Of a DNA stretch of 64,000 nucleotides, positions 50,376 to 64,000 are shown piece after piece. Source of the stretch: Eledone cirrhosa (lineage: Eukaryota); the NCBI GenBank assembly GCA_964016885.1, contig OZ024742.1:134416001-134480000 (forward strand), written 5' to 3'. How positions within the stretch are numbered: position 1 is the first letter of the stretch; each line of letters opens with the position of its first letter. The position numbers and the translations under genes are program-made. The notes beneath the pieces are model-generated. The model searched no databases. It saw only the letters and a program-made list of their open reading frames with translations, and was not told the origin of the DNA.

Positions 50376-52718
50376 ATATATATATTTGCAAAAGAAAGTG
50401 GGTACCGACTCAAGTTTGCTTGAACAAGAATAGCATAACCGCACAAATATAAGAATGAAAGGGGGGAAAAACAATATACTCTTACTCTGTTTTAAATATA
50501 ATGGGATAAGACAGGAAAAAGGGAAGAAATTATAGATATTAAAGAAATATTACATAGCAGACCATGAAATCTAAAAGTACAAATAATTGAAAGTAAAAAG
50601 AAAATCCCGAAATATGAGAAGTAAAAAAGATCGAGGATTTTATTTCACCCAAATACCAAATTCCCCCGAGCTCAAAACTAATGTAGGAGAAGCAAAACAG
50701 TAGTGAATGTAGCCCCAAATATAGATATGGATAATTTCTTCGGAATTTGTGGGCGCAGGGAATTGATATGCACAGGAATAGACAGAACAAAGAAACACAG
50801 CCCTTGTAAAATGATGGGAAGATGACACAACTGAGGAAGAGTTCCACACACTGAAAGAAGCAATCAATTCCTAAACAGTGGAAAATGAGAACATACCCAA
50901 CTTCTGGTTGTAATATTTAAGATGAACACATGGTGTACGTGAAAATATATTCAAGGAGATGGAGACAAATATGCCAACTAACAGGTACACTAAGTGAAAA
51001 ACTAACAAATTCACCATAACTAATGCCACAGAAACCTTCCTAAATCACTGACTCATATCATGTTTTCTTACAACCTAACAATCCTACATTGCAATAATAA
51101 CGCAAAAACTGTTGAAACACTTGAAAAAGAAAGAATGTTACCAGCTGAGCAGATAGGATGATGGAACTTGTCATATGGCTGTGAAAATCAATTGGTAATC
51201 AACAATGCCATAACAGAGAAGTGCATAAAAAGTAAAATTCAGCATGGTGTAGACGATTGATCACCATATGTCTTTCGATAATGTTTCCCATACGTGAATA
51301 TGGAACACACTAGACATAAACAAAGAGGAACTAGGAATTTAAATTAAAAAACACTTATGAAACATGCCATGTGTAAGTTGCAAAACATTCTGCGAATACA
51401 AAGGAGGGATGGATAAATAAAAACTGTGATACTTTCTTGTTATCGAATCATATTTCATGGGAATTTCCTTTCAACATTCTACTTCTGTCTAATATTGACA
51501 CCATTATCTACGATACAAAACCTGAATGGACATGGGTATAAATGATAGTCTAAAAAAAATAACCTTTACCTGTATATTTATAATCTACAGATGTACACTG
51601 GAAGCACTGCTGCAGAAATTACATGATACACAAAAGAAATATAAATATAGAGAAATGTGCTGAGGCAAATATAAAAAAAAAGGTACACTAGTAAGAATAT
51701 TTAATGTTATTGTCGACAAATTATTCTGAGGAAAGATTTGAACCAAGGCAGACATAAAAATACATATGGACTAATTAACTAACATGAGATCAACACACAC
51801 AGATGAAGGAAAATATAAAAAAAGAATAATATATATATAATGATTATAATACTACTTAAGGGTAATTGTAATACTCGCGCGATCCAAGTATTCAACTTGG
51901 AAGATAGTGTTTTCTACCTACCTGAGGAAGTATTGGCCGCTTTTTGACACAAGCATTCTGAGACACACCTAAACGTCTGAAGCTTCATAGGCCGATATTT
52001 ATCCGCTATATGTAATAAAATGGCTTTCACTTCTTGCAGAGTAGCTGAGTGTCCACCGTTTTCTAATACTCCGACGTGGAAGGTCTCAGGTCATTTCTTA
52101 CTGCTGAGACTAGACGTCGTCTTTTGGGCGCAGTTATGGCACACATTAACAATTTACATTATATTGTCCTAGAGAGGTACTGCCGGGGCGTTTCTTTTTT
52201 TCTGACAACCTGTCAAATTTTAGGATGAGAGATGGTGGCATACGTCCTATATCTTTAGTCAATATCGTCAAGGTCAACTCTGAGGTGAACGAAGAACTAA
52301 GTTTGGTACAGCTTGGTGTCTGCTTAGCTTACACGTATGAGGTTGCTATCCTCACCACTAAGCAGATAATCAATGTCTGACCACACAAGCCGGCACCTCA
52401 GACCGACCCTTGACATGAGAAAGTACCAAAAATAACTCTACTGCAACCATTTGTTTGAGGGTTGTTTCAATTATGCTCCATCCTTTTACAGTTTGGTGTA
52501 GCTGTTTTATGGGTATCAGATCATGCTCATCTACGAGGTTAACGTTATAACATCTGCCACGGTTTTGCCAGATGCGCGTTCTTTTATGCCCCAACCTCCT
52601 TCGCTCTAAGTGTAGACAACGTTGCTCAGAGCATCACGGTTCTAATGAACCAATGACAACTGGATCTCACAACGACCGTCTGACCCGTGGACATTGCAAA
52701 TATTTTGCTCGACGGTAA

Positions 52719-52763
<45 letters not shown>

Positions 52764-53156
52764 AACAAATATATATATATTTTTTTTTTTCTCTCTCTCG
52801 TCTACGATTTCACAGAACTTACGTTCACCGAATTCACAGACTAGATCCCTTCTTCCTCCCGTTAGACCTGTACGGAATTCCTTCCTTGCTCACATTCCAA
52901 CCAGGTTTGATGGTCTTTATTCTCTCTCGTTCACCATTTCACCGAACTTATATTCATGGAAATTTGGGACTTGACTCCTTCTTTCTCACTTTTCGTTGCT
53001 TCACCATCTTTGTTTGTTTACACTCTCGTGTCCCCTTTATTTACGTGTCCCAACGACTTTTTCTAGCCGTTGCTCACACCAACCGGAGGTATATGGTCTT
53101 TAAAACAATGAAATACCAATGATGGTTGGAAGATCACTGATGAAGGACTAACTTTA

Positions 53157-53211
<55 letters not shown>

Positions 53212-53335
53212 ATGTGTGTGTGTGTGTGTGTGCATACATACTCATTTTCTTTTTTCTTCCTTCCATATGATTTATGAGCGTTTGTAGCAGTATGCCAACT
53301 ATCCATTATCATCATCATTGGTCGTATTATGAATA

Positions 53336-53367
<32 letters not shown>

Positions 53368-54009
53368 AGAGGGCCGTCGTGGGTGCGGAATCCTCAAACA
53401 CTCCTTCCAACGATTCTTTCCCGAGACATTCTAACCACATGCTCCCAACAAAAGATAAAAACAAAAGAAAATAAATGTTCTATCAATGCTTAAGGAATAT
53501 AGTTTTCAGCAGTCTAAATTATTTAATTAACACCAAATAAATACGTTGTATGCATGTATCTTTTATAAAGGGTTCTCATTTTTCCTTTCATATTTTTCAT
53601 TGAGATCGAGAGGGTAACATAATCTTCTTCTCTGTTTATACTTTATATTTTATTTTTGTTGTATGTTTTGTGTTAGCCATAGTCTGGGCCTTGGTTACAT
53701 GATTTCTGCTACAACACAATATATATAACATTTTAAACATTTTTTAAAATAATCAAGTATTAATCATTCTCGTATCATTTAACACGTGTTCAATGGCATT
53801 CATGTTTCATTCTCATGGACATTGTTTTCATTTCATACTGCTGTTCAGTCCTTAATAATCTCTGTTCGAGTTGATGAATTATTTACACAGGAATCACTAT
53901 TCAAATAAAACCTTCCTTCTATTGTAGGTTGCTGATGCGATATTCAATGTTTGATATTGCACTGCAGTGGGTAGGCTTAAGAAACAGTATGTTAAAAGAA
54001 ATAACTATA

Positions 54010-54255
54010 ATTATTTAATTGGCCACAAGGGCTGAAATATAAGAGACAAAGCAAAGGACAGAGACAGCGAGGGCTTAGAATGAAATCGAGGAAACAATAC
54101 AAAACAATAGAAATACACAAAAGAATTACAATGAAATTCCCCAATAGGGAAGGGGACCACACATGGCCCACTCAGGAACCCCACAAATCCTGAACCACCC
54201 GACGCTCCGAAATTAAGCAAGGAGGACACCACACACTTCTTAATATCAGTCACCC
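54010..54255 (-). mobile_element. 3' UTR fragment related to the Tx1/L1-type LINE
   Basis: GCCACAAGGGC..CCAATAGGG..CCACAC/AATGG shared with 57370-57510. Confidence 0.55.
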
Positions 54256-56424
54256 CTTCGTGGTGTGTTTGTGGAAGATCAGTAATCGCCCCTGATTGCC
54301 ATTCTTCCCTCTCCAGGTGACCGATGTTGCTCAGGTGAAATCAATACCTGATAGAGCTAGACACCATTGATGTTGCCACTCATTTCTACAGCTGAGTTTA
54401 CTGGTGCAAAGAAATAGAGGGTTTTGCTCAAGAACACAACGCACCATAGGGTTCGGGATTCAAACTCACCACCTTGCAATTGTGAACTCAATACTCTTAA
54501 CACTAAGCCAAGAGCGTTAACAAATACTAATACTACTATTATAACGAGTATTATTTTGATTTTCGCTTTTCCTGTGTTTCTTTTGTGGTGTGTTTGTTGA
54601 TAACAAGGTGGTCGTTGCTGGTAGTTACACTGTATTCACTTAGTGCCAAATATAGCTGCACATTAAATAGTTACTTAGCTCTGTGTTACTCTGGCTCTGT
54701 TAGGACTGCTGTAATATATAATATAATCAGTGGTAACTTCTCCGGAAGCAGGGGCAGGAATTGTGTTTTTGTATTCTTGTTTTTCAGATTATAGTCGAGA
54801 TGGATTATTTTACATATTGAGTGGGAAATTGTGGTCATGTGATATGAAGTTGGTGCATCTGCATGATGGATGTTTTGACCATATAATGGAAATTATGTTT
54901 TTTTTCTATTAAGATGAAGTGTGTTTGACGTTTATCTCTTATGAAGATACGATCTTAAACGATGATCATAGACGATCTGAGCTGTATAACGCTTAATACA
55001 TTGAAATACTTTCAATCAGAATGAGAATCAACACACATGCACGATTACTTTAGTTATGTATAACCAACAATGGAACTCATATGTACTCAAATGATTTGGT
55101 AGAAAATATGCACTACTATATTCACTGCTGTTTTACCTAATTGGAAAGGCCTATTTTCTTACGTAATCCTCCAAAACATAATGGATATAAGTTCAGAAAG
55201 ATAATAAATGGGGAAAATTCAATCAAGGTTTAGAGTGATCAGAACAAACCAGATCCTTAGGACAACTAGATTAAAACTATATATAAACTCATGACTTGAA
55301 ATTAGATCTATTTCCTTTCAGGAAATTCAATATTCATGGTCTCCAAAATGGCTCTGTCAGTTACTTTGATTATTAATAAATAGAAAGAACTGAAGAAACA
55401 GGTATGAATAAACAAAATATTCCACTGGTCTGCTACTATGCTGTAGTTTAATGTGATTTCGTTCCTCAAACATTCTATCATTGTACAGAAAATGACAGTA
55501 GCTTTTCGAAATGAGACTATTTCGATCATATTTGAGCATCATAAGACGCCGATAAACATAAAAACGTTGACAGTAATGATGTATATTATGACGACAACGA
55601 TAATGATAAGGATGATAAGAGTGATAATGATATTAATGATGTTCATTGCTAAGTCCTCCACATCCATGTGAGAAAGTAAAATGTTATAATTTGAGAGCAG
55701 GTTATCTTTTTCGATTGAATTGAATTAAAATTAGAAATTCAAAACTGCGTTTCTCACAGCAGATTCTTATTTATGAATTTTAATAGATTTTCTTGCACAA
55801 CATTCGTAATTCAATTTCAAGACATGTTACTATTGCAATATATTCATACACTCCTTTCCAAAATAAAGAAGAAAAAGTTTGAAAAATGTGAGATTATGTA
55901 GGCAAAATATAGTGTGAATGGGTATAGGTTTATGAATGTATATAAATAATCTATTTTACGAATTGTTGGAAGATTTACAATTTCCGAAATGAAAGTTAAT
56001 AAAAAAATTACTCTAATGTTTTGACCAGTAAACGGAAAATATTGGTCATTGAGGCACGTGGTTCTCGAACTAACGCCTACTGTATTCCTTGTGGCTGGTT
56101 TATGTTGAGTCACATAGGTGTCGGTGCCCAATTGTTTTGCCTCCAAGGGACCAATAGGACTAAATGATTAAACACATTTTCGCACTAAAAACTATTCATA
56201 CATATGAATGTTCATATGTATATATGTTTATTACTCTGAGATGTAACTTATCGACGTATCAATATATGTATATTGAGTGTTTCGTGCAAAGCTACCTAAT
56301 ATTGTGTTTTCGAGGATGCTGGCCGACCACTGCAACTTCGATTTTACTCCTATATGTATATTTATATATATATATATATACAGACACACATACATATACA
56401 TACAGATATATATACACACACGAA

Positions 56425-57290
56425 ACGAGATCTACAGCCTACACTCTGTATGATGTATCGCATGAGGTGGAGGTTGTCGTGTATGGCCCTGGTTGGGATT
56501 GCGCAAGTTTGCGCCTCCCCTACCAAATCCTAAAGTTATGGTCCTGTAGTTGTGTAATATTCTTTTGTTCTCTTAGTACTGGTGAAAGGACTCATACATC
56601 TCCTATTAATCTTTCAGCTCGCGTTCTTTTCGATCCTTCAACGACCCAATTGTGGTTTTGTTACCACGCTGCGCCTCTGCCATGCGGGCCCATTCAACAT
56701 ATTTGCTTCCTTCACTTCTTAGAGGACGCGCCTGAGCTCTGATAATTCGACCTTCATGTATGTTTTTTTTTTATGTAATGGTCTAATGCCATTCCCGATG
56801 CCAGGACGCAAGCTGTAATACCACTTCAAATAGCCTAGTCAAATTTAGCTATCAGCTCTTCCTGCTTTCTATTTGTATCTAACGCTACTTTTTAACTAAA
56901 ACCTATCGAGAAAAATTTAATCTCTCTTTTGAGAGCAAACCCGCCACATGTTGTTGACGATTCATCTCTCTATTATACTGATGGCCCGGTGCCTGTAGGA
57001 TTCACGTGATGGGAACGATATGTTCAGCTTCCAGTTACCAGGTCCTAACCGCCGGGTTAGCTAGGTCAACCATGCAAATCCTTAACTTGTTAACCTTTTG
57101 AAAATGTGGACAACCTATACTATCTTGCGACACCAATCTTTGGGTAGAGTTCCTTATGCACTGTTGTTTCTATCAATATTTTTTAATTTCCTATTCCTTC
57201 AGCTAGTAATTCCTATCTCATTGAACATGGGAGACACGGTCCGTGTGTTTCTTGATCAAATTTGGACACAAATAAACACTTTCAGACAGA
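56425..57290 (-). mobile_element. Older Tx1/L1-type LINE fragment (end of APE domain, linker, part of RT)
   Basis: GPGNWKLN motif near 57020-57045; 56440-56530 resembles 59308-59400. Confidence 0.6.
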
Positions 57291-57364
57291 AATAAAGAGA
57301 GTAAAGGAAGCAGATGGACATTCAGACAACAATACACACTTCTAGATATATATATAGATAGCTA

Positions 57365-59705
57365 TATTTCTTTATTAGCCACAAGGGCGCACAAGAAAAG
57401 GGGACAAAACAAAGACATGCCGGGGATTTTACATACAATCGTGTAAAAAAATATAAAACAAACAATTACAACAATCGAAATCTCCAATAGGGCGAGGCGC
57501 CACAAATGGGTTGTTTAATACCCCGTCGATAGAACAACCCTCAACTTCAGAAGCGTGTTGTGCAAGTCCTTCTTTCTTCCTTTTGCTCTCTTCTTCAACC
57601 TACAGGTTTATATACAGAGAATGCCCAATCACTCGGGCCATTTTTGCCATATTCACCCACCTTTACTGTGGTGATGTGCTTCTCTCTCCATTCTGATTCT
57701 CCTTATAAAGTGTTATCTAAATAATGGAATGAGTTGTTGTCCGGAGAGAAAGGCATCTGTCCTCAATCCTATCAATATCGTCCACCATATAACCTCTTTC
57801 ATAATAGCCACTATACAGAGGAAAACCGCCTCTTTTTCGTTTTTGAAAGAAGTTGGCTGTTTCATCATTACTATGGACTCGGCTGTCAACTGTATTTGTC
57901 CCATACGCGACAACACTTGTTCGGCGTCGTTCCACAGGTCGGTTACGCCCGGGCAGTGTACAATTGCGTGCAGGACTGTTTCAATGTCCTGCATGCATCT
58001 TGGACACGTCCTCTTGGAAGGATCCCTGCCGGAGCGTCCGAGCCTGTAGATCTTATCACGAACTGGTAGACTCCTCAGTAGCACTGCCAGGCCAGGGACT
58101 TCTGGAAGTTGTCCATAGGTCCCGGGCGGAAAATCCTACCAAACAGACTGGTGAGCTCTTCATCTTCAACGCCCAGAATCTCTCCGATCACATCGTCACC
58201 ATTGTAACGTACAATCCCTCTATAGAATGTCGAAGTGGAGTCTCCACTAATTGCTGCGCCAGCTTGCCAGAGGACTGTGAGCGCCTGAGCGCATTCAATG
58301 TGCCAGGAGCCCATCGTTTTCGGTCTTTTCTTTACCCAGGACTGCAGTTCCGTCAGCGAGACAAGCTGCGGGAAAGCCTGTCTCACAAACAGTGCCCACG
58401 CCGGTCGGGGTCGGTGAGGAATACCTGGAAATGCCGCAGCCTCAGCGCATGTTTTCGCATCATCAGCCACGACATTCCCAGCCCTCCGTTAGAAGGGTGC
58501 TGACAGCAGACGGATCTCTTCACCAGCGGAGCCTGCTTCTTCCACAGAAACTGGAAGAGCATGCGTTCCATCTTGGCAGGGGATTCACGGGGACAAGGCA
58601 CGACAGTCAAGCGGTAGTAGATGACAGACGCTATGAAAGTGCTCGCCACCTCCGCTCCACCTTTCAAGGATAGTTTGCACTCTGCCCACTTCTGGGTGAG
58701 CGCAAACACCTTGGCCGTGACCTCGTTCCAGTTTTTCTCCACCGGGAGGTCTGGACATAACCAGACTCCGTGCAATTTCACTGATCAGTCCGTCCAGCGT
58801 CCAACGACGCTGTCGGGCGTAATCGGTTTGCCTCTCCACGTACCGAGTTGCAAACCGACAGACTTGTCCGAGTTTAGTTTTGCTCACGTCAGCGTTTCGT
58901 ATTCTTTCAGTAATTTGCCAATCACCTCGATTGCCGAGGTGCTCGACACCATTACCATCACGTCGGAGGCATAAGCCGACGCCGCTTTGCGCAATCACGG
59001 TTCTTGATGAATGTCCTGCAACAGCTCCAATTTCCGCAGTAGTGGCTCTAGAGTCAATACATACAGAATGGAGGAGTGAGGGCATCCCTGTCGAATGGAA
59101 CGCGTGATTGCGAACGGCTCCGATAGGTAGCCGTTCACCTTGACCCTCGAGCAGATGCTGGTGTGCATCGCCTTGATGCAACCTCTGAAAACGGGACCGA
59201 AACCGACCGCCTTGAGAACCACTTCCAAGTATCGATGGTCGACCCTATCGAATGCCTTAGACTGATCCAAATTAATTAGAGCCCCACCGAAGCCGGGTTT
59301 ACTACCCACACTCTCTATGATGTATCACATGAGGTGGAGTTTGTCGTGTATAGACCTACTCAGGATTGCACACGTTTGCGCTTTCCCGACAAAGTTCTCG
59401 ACGACAAGCGCCAACCTCGTCGCTAGCACCTTGGCCAAAATCTTTAACTCTGTGTTGAGCAGAATTATGGGCCTCAAGTTGTTAATTTGGTCCCCTTTGT
59501 TCTCGTCTTTCCTGATCAGCGTTACTACGCCCTTGCCTGCAGAACAGGGAATTCTCCCGTTCTGCTGCCACTTGCAGTAGACGGCTTCGAGGACGCCAGA
59601 GAACAAGTCCGGCATTCCTGTGTAAAACTCATAGGGTAGACCATCTAGACAGGGTAACTGTTTCTCGCAGTGGCCCAGATCGTCCCGTATCTCAGTGTCC
59701 GTGAT
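57365..59705 (-). mobile_element. 5'-truncated Tx1/L1-clade LINE, frameshifted RT plus C-terminal zinc finger
   Basis: NLRPIILLNTELKILAKVLATRL, LDQSKAFDRVDH, IRQGCP..LYVLTLEPLL, GGLG, CPRC..ETVLHAIVHCP; AATAAA at the 3' end. Confidence 0.92.
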
Positions 59706-59848
59706 ATATAGATATATAGATATATAGATAGACAGATAGTTAGTTAGATAGATAAAAAGGAACGATCGACTTTCGTCAAATCGGACCGAGGAAACAATGT
59801 TTCCGTTGGTCTTTCCAATTGCTAATACTATATATCAGTCGCATCTCC

Positions 59849-59965
59849 AGGCGTGTGGTTGAGTAGTTAGAGAATTGGATTCGCAATCGTGATGCTGTGA
59901 GTTCGATTCCTGGATCAAGCTATGCGTTATGTCCTTGAGCAAGGCACTTTATTTCAAGTTGCTCC
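59849..59965 (+). mobile_element. tRNA-headed SINE family B
   Basis: A-box-like TGGTTGAGTAG, B-box GAGTTCGATTCC, body GTCCTTGAGCAAGGCACTTTATTTC. Confidence 0.7.
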
Positions 59966-61382
59966 TTCTACCTATATAGATAAATAGATAGATAGATAGA
60001 TAGATAAATAGCCATGTTTTACACCTGGTATAATCTCGATACGATACTTTAAAATGTGACTTACAAAATATTTGTATAATTTGCCATAGAATTTAAAAAA
60101 AGAAGGTTATTATACTTTCAAAATAATGTTATTTACCGTAAATTTCGGAACCATGTATTTAAAACAATTTTGGGGTAAATTTCCATAAACATTAGTCTCA
60201 GTTACACAGAATATGCATGCATAAATACGGACACCTATAGTCGGATGGCCGTTAGAATGTTTGCTGTTAGGTAATACCTGGAAATATGTGATAGCACAGC
60301 TGCATATAAACATGTGCTTTCATATCGACATGCACACACACATATAAACCACCATATCTGCATGCGCCGTTATACAAAATACATTTATACATACCTGCGC
60401 TCATCGTATGTACACAAACTTTCACGCGTTCAAATATCACCGTCTTGGGAAATAATATCACTCATTCTCACTTCATTTCACATTCTTATTCACTTTGAAT
60501 TACACCTCGTGTGACATTTATCATACATACTTGCGTATGAGTTACCAGCATATATGGAGAAACATAGATTCAGACCTTATAATTGTTCCAACACCTGGGA
60601 CGCAACTGCACATACACACACGCTGGCACATACAGGATCACATGAATATATTTTAAATATATTTACAGCATCGCTCCTCTTTAAGTACTACACAAAGTGT
60701 ATGTAACGTCAGGCTCTCTTCAACACAAGAACACGTTGGCTTAGATAGAAATTGTATAAATTCGTAACGGCTTACTCACACACTCGCACAAAACTTGCGA
60801 TATAAGTGACGCCTAAAAATCCACGCACTTTTTCTCTCTCGCTCTCACTCCATATATATATGCATATATGTATGTATATATATAAGAACATGCTTGACTC
60901 CGACGGCCGAGCTCAAGCCGTTTTGACAGCTATTTCTGTGTCCAGAAATAGCCGTCGAAAGGGATTGAGCTCTGCTGTCGTGGTCAAACATTTTCCTATT
61001 ACCCACTCTACTACCCTAAGTATTGAGTAATCTGATGCGTTATGGTCCATCTGGTTCCTTACCACAACTGATCCACGAAACAATTTTTAATACTATAAAT
61101 AAAACCCCTTTTGTACAGCCGACCATGTTCACGCTTTCACTACTAATGCTCCAAGAATAACCTGCATGGGAATTCTCGCGATCTCGCTACCTAATTATGG
61201 AAACCACCTGTTGAATCAAACAACGCCGTATGTTAAAACTATCCTCAATACAGAGTACTCACAACCTCTAACTAGATTACCTAAAGCGATAACTTGTTAT
61301 CCCATACACACACACACATATATATATATGTACTACCTCTCTGTTTTTATTTATATTATACTATATATATATATATATATAT

Positions 61383-64000
61383 CTAAGGCGGGTAAAATTC
61401 CCGAGATCCATGGACGAGTTCTCTCCAGCGGTCTCTGTCCCTCATTATCGCTGCCATATCCTGCATCTCCAACAGAACAGTGTCTGTCCTTAGGGCATCA
61501 ACATATGTTAACCTTGGTCTTCCTCTTCTAGTGTGTCCATGTAGGGGCTCCCTAAGGAGCACTGAGTGGAATGTCAACTCTGGATGTCGGTGAGCATGTC
61601 CAGCCAACCTCAGTCTCCTCTGTGTCACATTTGAGCTGACTTTTGAGATGCTCCCATACAGCTCTGAGTTTTTCATCCTCAGTGTATACTGATTAATGTT
61701 CAGAGCCATCCTCAGCATTCTCGTGTATCACCCATCCACCAGCTGAGTGAGTTTCTTGGTCAGTGTGTAAATCTCAGACCCGTACAGCAGCACAGACTCC
61801 ACTATAGCAATGAAGAGGCGGATTTTGAGGTATTTACGAAGATCCGACTGCCACACCGATCTCAAGTTGTGACACGCCGCCCATGTTTTGTTTTTCCTAT
61901 AAACCACATCATCTTCCGTATTCCCAATCTTTGCTCCCAAATACAGGAAGTTCTCAACCAATTCTAGCGGCTTCCCGCCTACATTAGTGATCCCACCTGG
62001 CTTCTCAACATTCTCTACCAGATATTTTGTTTTAGTCTCATTCATTCTCAGCCCCACACTCATCGACACAGTCTCAACCTCCCGCATCAAATCCTCTGCC
62101 TCCTTCACTGTATTTGTCACCCAAAACTATGTCGTCGGCAAATTCAGCATCCGATACCTTTTTCGCCCCAACTCTCCTGCTCTGAGCCGGTGCTACAGTA
62201 AAGCCAGTGTCCTGGTGTTTCTCCAGTGCAAGGCGCATACAATAGTCCACTACGATGATAAAAAGGTAGGGAGCCAATGTATCTCCCTGGAGCACTCCAG
62301 CCAGTATCGCAAAGAACTGTGTCATCCCATCAGGTGTAATGACTTGGGCTTTGGTGTTGGTGTAGAGCAGTGATATCAGGTCCACTATCCTCTTGGGGAT
62401 TCCATAAGCCTGTAAGATCTTCATCAGGCAGTAACGGTCCACAGAATCAAAGGCCTTCCTAAAGTCAATGAAAACCATAACCGCAGGAAGGCACTTTGCT
62501 CTAGCTCCCTCTAATATCCTCCTCAGCATCAGGATGTGACTGGTGGTTGATCTACCCTCTCTGAAGCCGTTCTGGTTGTCCCCGAGCTTCTTCTCCATCT
62601 CAGGCTGGATCCTGTTAAGAATCATCCTGTTGAGGGTCTTTGCCACAAGTGACGTCAGTGAGATCCCCCGGTAGTTGTTGGTGTTAGAGAGATCTCCCTT
62701 CTTTGGCACTGGGACGATGTTACTGATCCTCCACTGATTCAGGGCAACTCCTTTCTCCAGTGCCCCGTTACAGAACCCCAGGATGATATCATCAAAATCA
62801 CACCTCTTCATCACATCTGATGCCACTCCATCTTCTCCATGAGCCTTGCCCTCTTTGATCTTCTTCTTGGCTCTCTGAAGCTCCTCTCTGGTGAAGGGCT
62901 CTGTCTCAACATCCAGTTCCTCAAACAGCCGCCTGATCTCCCCAGTGCTCTGGGCTGTTGAGGGTGGCTCTCCTAGTAGGGTCCTAAAATGGTCTAGCCA
63001 TTTCCTCTTCCTATCCTCGGGCCCCGTTCCCTGGATCTGACTCGAACACCTTTTCTTCCTCCCTGTGATCTCGTTGATGATCATCCAGCTCTCCTTACAT
63101 CCAGATCTGTCAACCGCTCTCTCCACACTTCTGATCTTCTCTATCAGTGCCTCCTCTCTGACCTCAGTGTAAGCGGTACAGAGCTCTTCCCTCATCACCT
63201 CCACAGTCTCCATCCTCTCCTCCGTAGGATCAGCATAGAATTGGTCCCTGGCAGCTTTCAGGTGTTCTCTGGCTGCACACACTTTTGGGTTTGCGGAGCT
63301 GACGCGCTTCCCTTTGTTCTTTTTCCTCGGCACCAGGGTTTCACTTGCTTTCGCCACTGCATTGGTGAAGTGCCCGTACCTCCTCGTCACACTCTCCTCA
63401 GTCCATCCAATCTCTCTCTCCTCTGACTCTCCACACAGAGCACTAAACCTGTTTCTCACTTCCACTGTGAACCTCTCCTGTAGCTTATCATCTTCCTTGA
63501 AAGCTCGCCAGTCATAGATTGTTCTCCGTGGCTGAGCCTTGCTCTTTCTTAAGCTCACGCGGACCTCACTCATAACAAGCCGGTGGTCACTACCCAGTGT
63601 ACTGAAATAGCTGTATGGTTCCGTGTTCAGAACACTATTCCGCCACTTTTTCCTCACCAGAATGAAATCAATCTGGGACTTGGACAGGTGCATATCTGAG
63701 ATGTAGGTCCACATCTTCCCCAGATTCTTCCTAAACCTTAGGTTGGTCGCCATCAAGTTCGCCTCCAGCAGGGTGTCTCTCAGTAGTCTTCCATTTCGGT
63801 TGGTGTTGTTATGGAAGTACCAGCAAGGATCTTCACTGCCCTCCTTACTCAGATGTGCATTGAAGTCCCCCAAAACAAGCAGGATATTGTGTGCCTGAGT
63901 GGTGTTGACAGCTCTACACACCTCCTCATGGAACTCCTCGGCATTCACATCACTGTCCCCCTCGGTTGGACTATAGGCTGAGATGACTGTCAGTCTTGGG
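61383..64000 (-). mobile_element. RTE-type LINE (APE endonuclease plus RT), two frameshifts, runs off the window
   Basis: LGDFNAH, SQIDFIL, GSDH, NYRGISL, QNGFREGRST, FIDFRKAFDSV, GVLQGDTLAPYLF, EFADDI, FLYLG, LLYGSE; frame breaks near 62100 and 61725. Confidence 0.93.

Noticed and set aside
57853-58974. Plus-strand ORFs of 93-216 aa
   Set aside because: Antisense shadows of the GC-rich Tx1/L1 coding region; the same applies to 48439-48921

Overview
AT-rich, microsatellite-saturated eukaryotic DNA with no recognisable host gene. Most ORF-track entries are translations of (TA)n/(CA)n/(GA)n. The SINE families resemble those I recall from octopod cephalopods (inference). The window is packed with transposons: at least five Penelope-like elements (PLEs) from three lineages (one near-complete Neptune-like, three Naiad-like, one divergent), RTE-, Tx1/L1- and CRE-type LINE pieces, Helitron and hAT-like remnants, foldback elements, SINEs, and one 200-N gap. 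Two things stand out. (1) About 25 type-I hammerhead ribozyme motifs can be read by eye, in PLE pseudo-LTRs, in small ORF-less palindromes within (TA)n, and in a ~323-bp tandem repeat; some have a co-varied U3/A8 core. (2) The near-complete PLE at 39.8-45.5 kb has a 400-aa ORF1 and an RT/GIY-YIG ORF in the -1 frame, with an in-phase U_UUU_UUA slippery heptamer in the overlap, suggesting gag-pol-like programmed frameshifting. Coordinates were read by eye and may be off by a few bases; no searches or folding programs were run.
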